A stretch of DNA of 40,000 nucleotides, from the sequence record MK994515.1; one strand, written 5' to 3'. The position numbers were made by a program, and so were the translations under genes. Origin of the DNA: Serratia phage Moabite. The first letter of the stretch is position 1. Each line of letters begins with the position of its first letter. Below the pieces are notes generated by a model. It saw nothing but the letters and a program-made list of their open reading frames with translations. It ran no database searches and was not told the DNA's origin. Below are positions 37,172 to 40,000 of the stretch, piece after piece.

Positions 37172-38497
37172 ATGAGCGCAGAGAACAAAAAGAAACTGAC
37201 TACGATCTATAAAGAGATCATGATCGCATTAGGTTTCGAAGTTGATTCCAAGATGCACGTACTACTGAACGAGGCCGGGGTGAAAACCCCGTTCACGATC
37301 AAAGGTAAGCAACTGACCATCCCGACCGATGAGTGGTTGAAGAATCCGGACTACGATAACCAGATCCCGTTCCATCCTCTGTCTGAGAACGTACGTCGTA
37401 AGAAATCCGAAGTCCAGGAACGTCTGGCGCTGGCGGTTTCTAATCGGGTATATCGCGTAACCTGCACTCTGCTGAACTTCATCTTCACGCTGGCGCTGGA
37501 TACTGACAAACACCCGCAGTTGACTCCGGAACAACGTGAGTATCTGCGCGACGTGCCGGACGTGACCAAGAAGACGCTGACTGCGGTGCAAAAACTGATC
37601 CAGGAGAAAGTAGACTTCAAAGGTCAGTATGCCCTGGTCAACATGTTCGTGAAACGTAGCGGCCTGTGGAAGGGTGAGGAATATCCTCGTGTCTGTACGA
37701 CCACCTTCCCGATCATGGATGAAGAACATTCTCCGGAAAAGAAAATCTTCGACGTACCGTTCCTGGTTCGTGATCGCAGTACTTTCTTCAAGGTGATGCG
37801 TCGGATCTTCCCGAACATCGATACTTCCATGGACGACTATTCTTACGGTAGCCGTTCTCAGGTAGCGCCAAACTTCCACAGTTTGATGATGGCGTTCTCT
37901 CTGCTGGCCAATGACCTGAACAAGGTCACCAAAGTATTCTGCGAAGACTTCGCGGAGCTGGAAGGTTGTATCATCCAGACCAACTGGGTGAAAAACATGG
38001 CCGACCTGAACGACTACAAAAACGATATCCCGCCACTGGACGGTAATATCGGTGAAGCGAATGAAGATGAACTCGCTGAGATGAAGTCTCGTCAGGAAGA
38101 GAAAGTTAAACGTGAAGAGCGTCGTACTCTGCGTCGTGAAGTGTCTGCAGGTCGCCAGAGTATCCTGCGTCCTCGTGACGAAGGTAACCGCTTCGTGCGT
38201 CAGGAAGAAAGTCGTGAAGATGAAAGAACTGTTAGCTGGCGTGGTCGCGCTGGTCGGGACGACGATCGCGGATATGGTCGTGAAGATCGTTATCGCAGCC
38301 GTCGTGATGACCGCTACGACGATCGTGATCGTGGCCGGGATAGTCGCTATCGTGATGAACGTGATGACCGCGGATTCGGTCGTCGAGACGACCGCTATAG
38401 CCGTGAAGACCGGTTCAGTCGCGATGATCGCCGAGATACTCGCGGCGGTAATGACGATTCCTGGTTCGACAACGTAAGTACTCGTCGCCGTTGGTAA
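37172..38497 (+). CDS. Hypothetical protein with Arg/Asp-rich disordered tail, 441 aa
   Basis: C-terminal RDDDRGYGREDRYRSRRDDRYDDRDRGRDSRYRDERDDRG... region. Confidence 0.9.
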   Translation: MSAENKKKLTTIYKEIMIALGFEVDSKMHVLLNEAGVKTPFTIKGKQLTIPTDEWLKNPDYDNQIPFHPLSENVRRKKSEVQERLALAVSNRVYRVTCTLLNFIFTLALDTDKHPQLTPEQREYLRDVPDVTKKTLTAVQKLIQEKVDFKGQYALVNMFVKRSGLWKGEEYPRVCTTTFPIMDEEHSPEKKIFDVPFLVRDRSTFFKVMRRIFPNIDTSMDDYSYGSRSQVAPNFHSLMMAFSLLANDLNKVTKVFCEDFAELEGCIIQTNWVKNMADLNDYKNDIPPLDGNIGEANEDELAEMKSRQEEKVKREERRTLRREVSAGRQSILRPRDEGNRFVRQEESREDERTVSWRGRAGRDDDRGYGREDRYRSRRDDRYDDRDRGRDSRYRDERDDRGFGRRDDRYSREDRFSRDDRRDTRGGNDDSWFDNVSTRRRW

Positions 38498-38507
38498 GTT
38501 AAACATA

Positions 38508-38538
38508 GAGGAGGGGTAAAGCCCTCCTCCCTATTTTG
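38508..38538 (+). terminator. Rho-independent-like terminator
   Basis: GAGGAGGG-GTAAAG-CCCTCCTC then CTATTTTG. Confidence 0.7.
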
Positions 38539-38550
38539 TTCGAGGAAACT

Positions 38551-38760
38551 ATGTCTGGATGTAAAGAAGTTAGCGGTATTGTGAAAGAAGCTGTTCTGTT
38601 ATACGGGGAAGTTCTTGAGCTATCTCTGTGGCGCCAGGTTCAGGTTGCAAAAGAGAAATCGATTGACGATGAAACTATCGCAGCCGTATTGGATATCTCG
38701 GTTGAAGAAGTCCAACAGTATTCCAACTCCACCGAAGCAGAAGTCGTTCGTTGGTTCTGA
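38551..38760 (+). CDS. Small hypothetical protein, 69 aa
   Basis: GAGG Shine-Dalgarno before ATG at 38551. Confidence 0.6.
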   Translation: MSGCKEVSGIVKEAVLLYGEVLELSLWRQVQVAKEKSIDDETIAAVLDISVEEVQQYSNSTEAEVVRWF

Positions 38761-38765
38761 CATAG

Positions 38766-38793
38766 CCCTCTCTACCTATTAAGGTAGAGAGGG
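38766..38793. terminator. Hairpin between convergent genes, possible terminator
   Basis: CCCTCTCTACC-TATTAA-GGTAGAGAGGG; no immediate U-tract. Confidence 0.5.
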
Positions 38794-38863
38794 GATCTAT
38801 GCTTAGTCGATTTATTTTTTTTACGTAAATAGGTCGCAATTTACGCCGGCTACACTTGATTTG

Positions 38864-39211
38864 TTAACTGGCTTTAAAGGCCAAATACTTTTCCATCAGG
38901 GTTTCAATCTTACCATCTTTAGGGATGAGTATCTCATGCCAATTCTCATCGAACTGAATCGGTGAGGTCATGTTATTAACTCTGAGGATCGTGTAGTAGT
39001 ACTCCGGTTTATTGGCGTTCACTACATCGCGAAGGAATGCATAAAAGCGGCCGTAATAACGGTGAGCTTCCATCCCGCTGACTTTGTGAAGATTAGAGTT
39101 TGCCGGATCTTGGAGCCACTGCAAATGATCTTCTACGATATTGTAGAACCCGCGTTCGTAGTAGATAGCTGGCCCAGGATTATTCATTGCGTCGATTAAG
39201 TTAGTCGCCAT
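38864..39211 (-). CDS. Hypothetical protein, 115 aa
   Basis: Minus-strand ORF filling an otherwise empty interval. Confidence 0.75.
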   Translation of the reverse strand: MATNLIDAMNNPGPAIYYERGFYNIVEDHLQWLQDPANSNLHKVSGMEAHRYYGRFYAFLRDVVNANKPEYYYTILRVNNMTSPIQFDENWHEILIPKDGKIETLMEKYLAFKAS

Positions 39212-39238
39212 GATGATTTCCTAAAATGATTTCATGTA

Positions 39239-39257
39239 TATATTACCTAAATGATAG
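39239..39257 (+). promoter_or_regulatory. Candidate early promoter TATATTACCTAAATGATAG
   Basis: AAATGATTTCA-N4-TATATTAC-N3-AATGATAGG; upstream of the RNAP beta gene. Confidence 0.7.
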
Positions 39258-39331
39258 GTAAATCAAAACAAAAGAAAGGTGTTGGTTTAAAAGCCAACAC
39301 CCGTATTATTCACTATTCCATCGAGGAGCGT

Positions 39332-40000
39332 ATGACTGAATATCAGATGTCGGAACTAGAGCAAGGACAAGTGGACGTAAGGGTAGCGGGAACAGCGACC
39401 AACTTGGCACCGTATGCTCCGTGTACATCTCCAAGTCGTCTGGTGATGTTAGGTTCTCAGATTCAGCAGAAGCTGTTGACCAAAGGACTGAAGCGTCAAC
39501 GATTCTTCACCGGTGTTGAACACGAATATGCCAAGTATACTTTTGGCGTTAAAGTGGACGAGCCGGTAGAGATCATCGCAGCAATCGATAAATATAATGT
39601 CGGGTTCGGTGAGCGTAGTTTCAAATATAACCCAACTCGGTATCTGTTCGTCTTCAACGTGAAGAAGCAAGAATATGACTTGATGGAAGTCACTAAGTAT
39701 TGCTCTCATCACAATAACTTTGGTTTTGAGTTCGACATCAATGAAGAAGCGATGTTCCGTACTCAAGCGGGTAACGTACTTCAAGCAAATACCTGGTTGA
39801 CAAAAAGTCCTGGTGTTATGCCTGAGGGCGACTATATCTTCGGTACCCCAACCAAAACGGCGTTCATGTCGTCGCACTATGTTACCGAGGATGGTTTCAT
39901 GGTGTCTCAGGAGTGGTGTGAGGAAAACACTACGACTGGCTATGGCGAGATTGTCATCAACGTACCTAAGGGTAAGTATCTGACTAACAGCTATGGGTCG
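39332..40000 (+). CDS. Non-virion RNA polymerase beta N-terminal subunit, truncated by the window edge
   Basis: Manually translated MTEYQMSELEQGQVDVRVAGTATNLAPYAPCTSPSRLVMLGSQIQQKLL...; segment TKTAFMSSHYVTEDGFMVSQEW resembles bacterial beta AYMPWNGYNFEDSILVSE. Missing from the ORF track because it has no stop within the window. Confidence 0.7.
   Translation, partial: MTEYQMSELEQGQVDVRVAGTATNLAPYAPCTSPSRLVMLGSQIQQKLLTKGLKRQRFFTGVEHEYAKYTFGVKVDEPVEIIAAIDKYNVGFGERSFKYNPTRYLFVFNVKKQEYDLMEVTKYCSHHNNFGFEFDINEEAMFRTQAGNVLQANTWLTKSPGVMPEGDYIFGTPTKTAFMSSHYVTEDGFMVSQEWCEENTTTGYGEIVINVPKGKYLTNSYGS

Noticed and set aside
37262-38506. 414-aa minus-strand ORF rich in V/T/I/A
   Set aside because: Low-complexity reverse complement of the Arg/Asp-rich tail and upstream coding region of the plus-strand gene.
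39211-39260. Minus-strand promoter for the 38864..39211 gene from the same palindrome-like sequence
   Set aside because: The motif orientation matches the plus-strand family, and the reverse reading lacks the ATGTAA element of the other minus-strand genes.
1-40000. CRISPR array, integrase, transposase, or known defence operon
   Set aside because: No regularly spaced repeats and no recognisable recombinase, transposase or Cas motifs in any ORF.

Overview
This window looks like a contiguous core region of a nucleus-forming, phiKZ-like jumbo phage, probably of an enterobacterial host. The host is inferred only from overall composition and Shine-Dalgarno style. Features recognisable from protein motifs and gene order are: terminase large subunit; a tubulin-like PhuZ (GCGGAG and SASGGTGSV motifs); a divergent family-B DNA polymerase (GSDTDS); a chimallin (ChmA) shell-protein candidate immediately followed by a split beta' N-terminal RNA polymerase subunit (NCDFDGD), the same neighbour pair as phiKZ gp54-gp55; an SbcD/Mre11-like nuclease; an SSB-like protein with a DNDIPW tip; a candidate fifth nvRNAP subunit; and, running off the right edge and absent from the ORF track, an RNAP beta N-terminal subunit (39332 onward). 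A LEM-3-like GIY-YIG protein and a signal-peptide SLT lysozyme-type endolysin are also present. The strongest non-coding signal is a repeated promoter-like element, TTTCA-N4-TATATTAC-N3-AATGATAG. It has four exact TATATTAC cores (about 2154, 17599, 34050, 39239) and two variants (4603, 25645), each upstream of a block that includes nvRNAP subunits, chmA or an early-type cassette. Other points of interest: a tandem cassette of about 10 short, often long-overlapping genes of unknown function (17732-21654) that seem to share a C-terminal beta-hairpin-like pattern; dense hairpin arrays at 4613-4880, 8740-8945 and 17245-17580; near-palindromes upstream of chmA; and a 26-codon ORF whose near-perfect Shine-Dalgarno is followed by a start codon buried in a hairpin. 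I see no CRISPR array, convincing tRNA, rRNA, transposon or integrase. All homology calls are from motif recognition and remembered gene order; no search was run.
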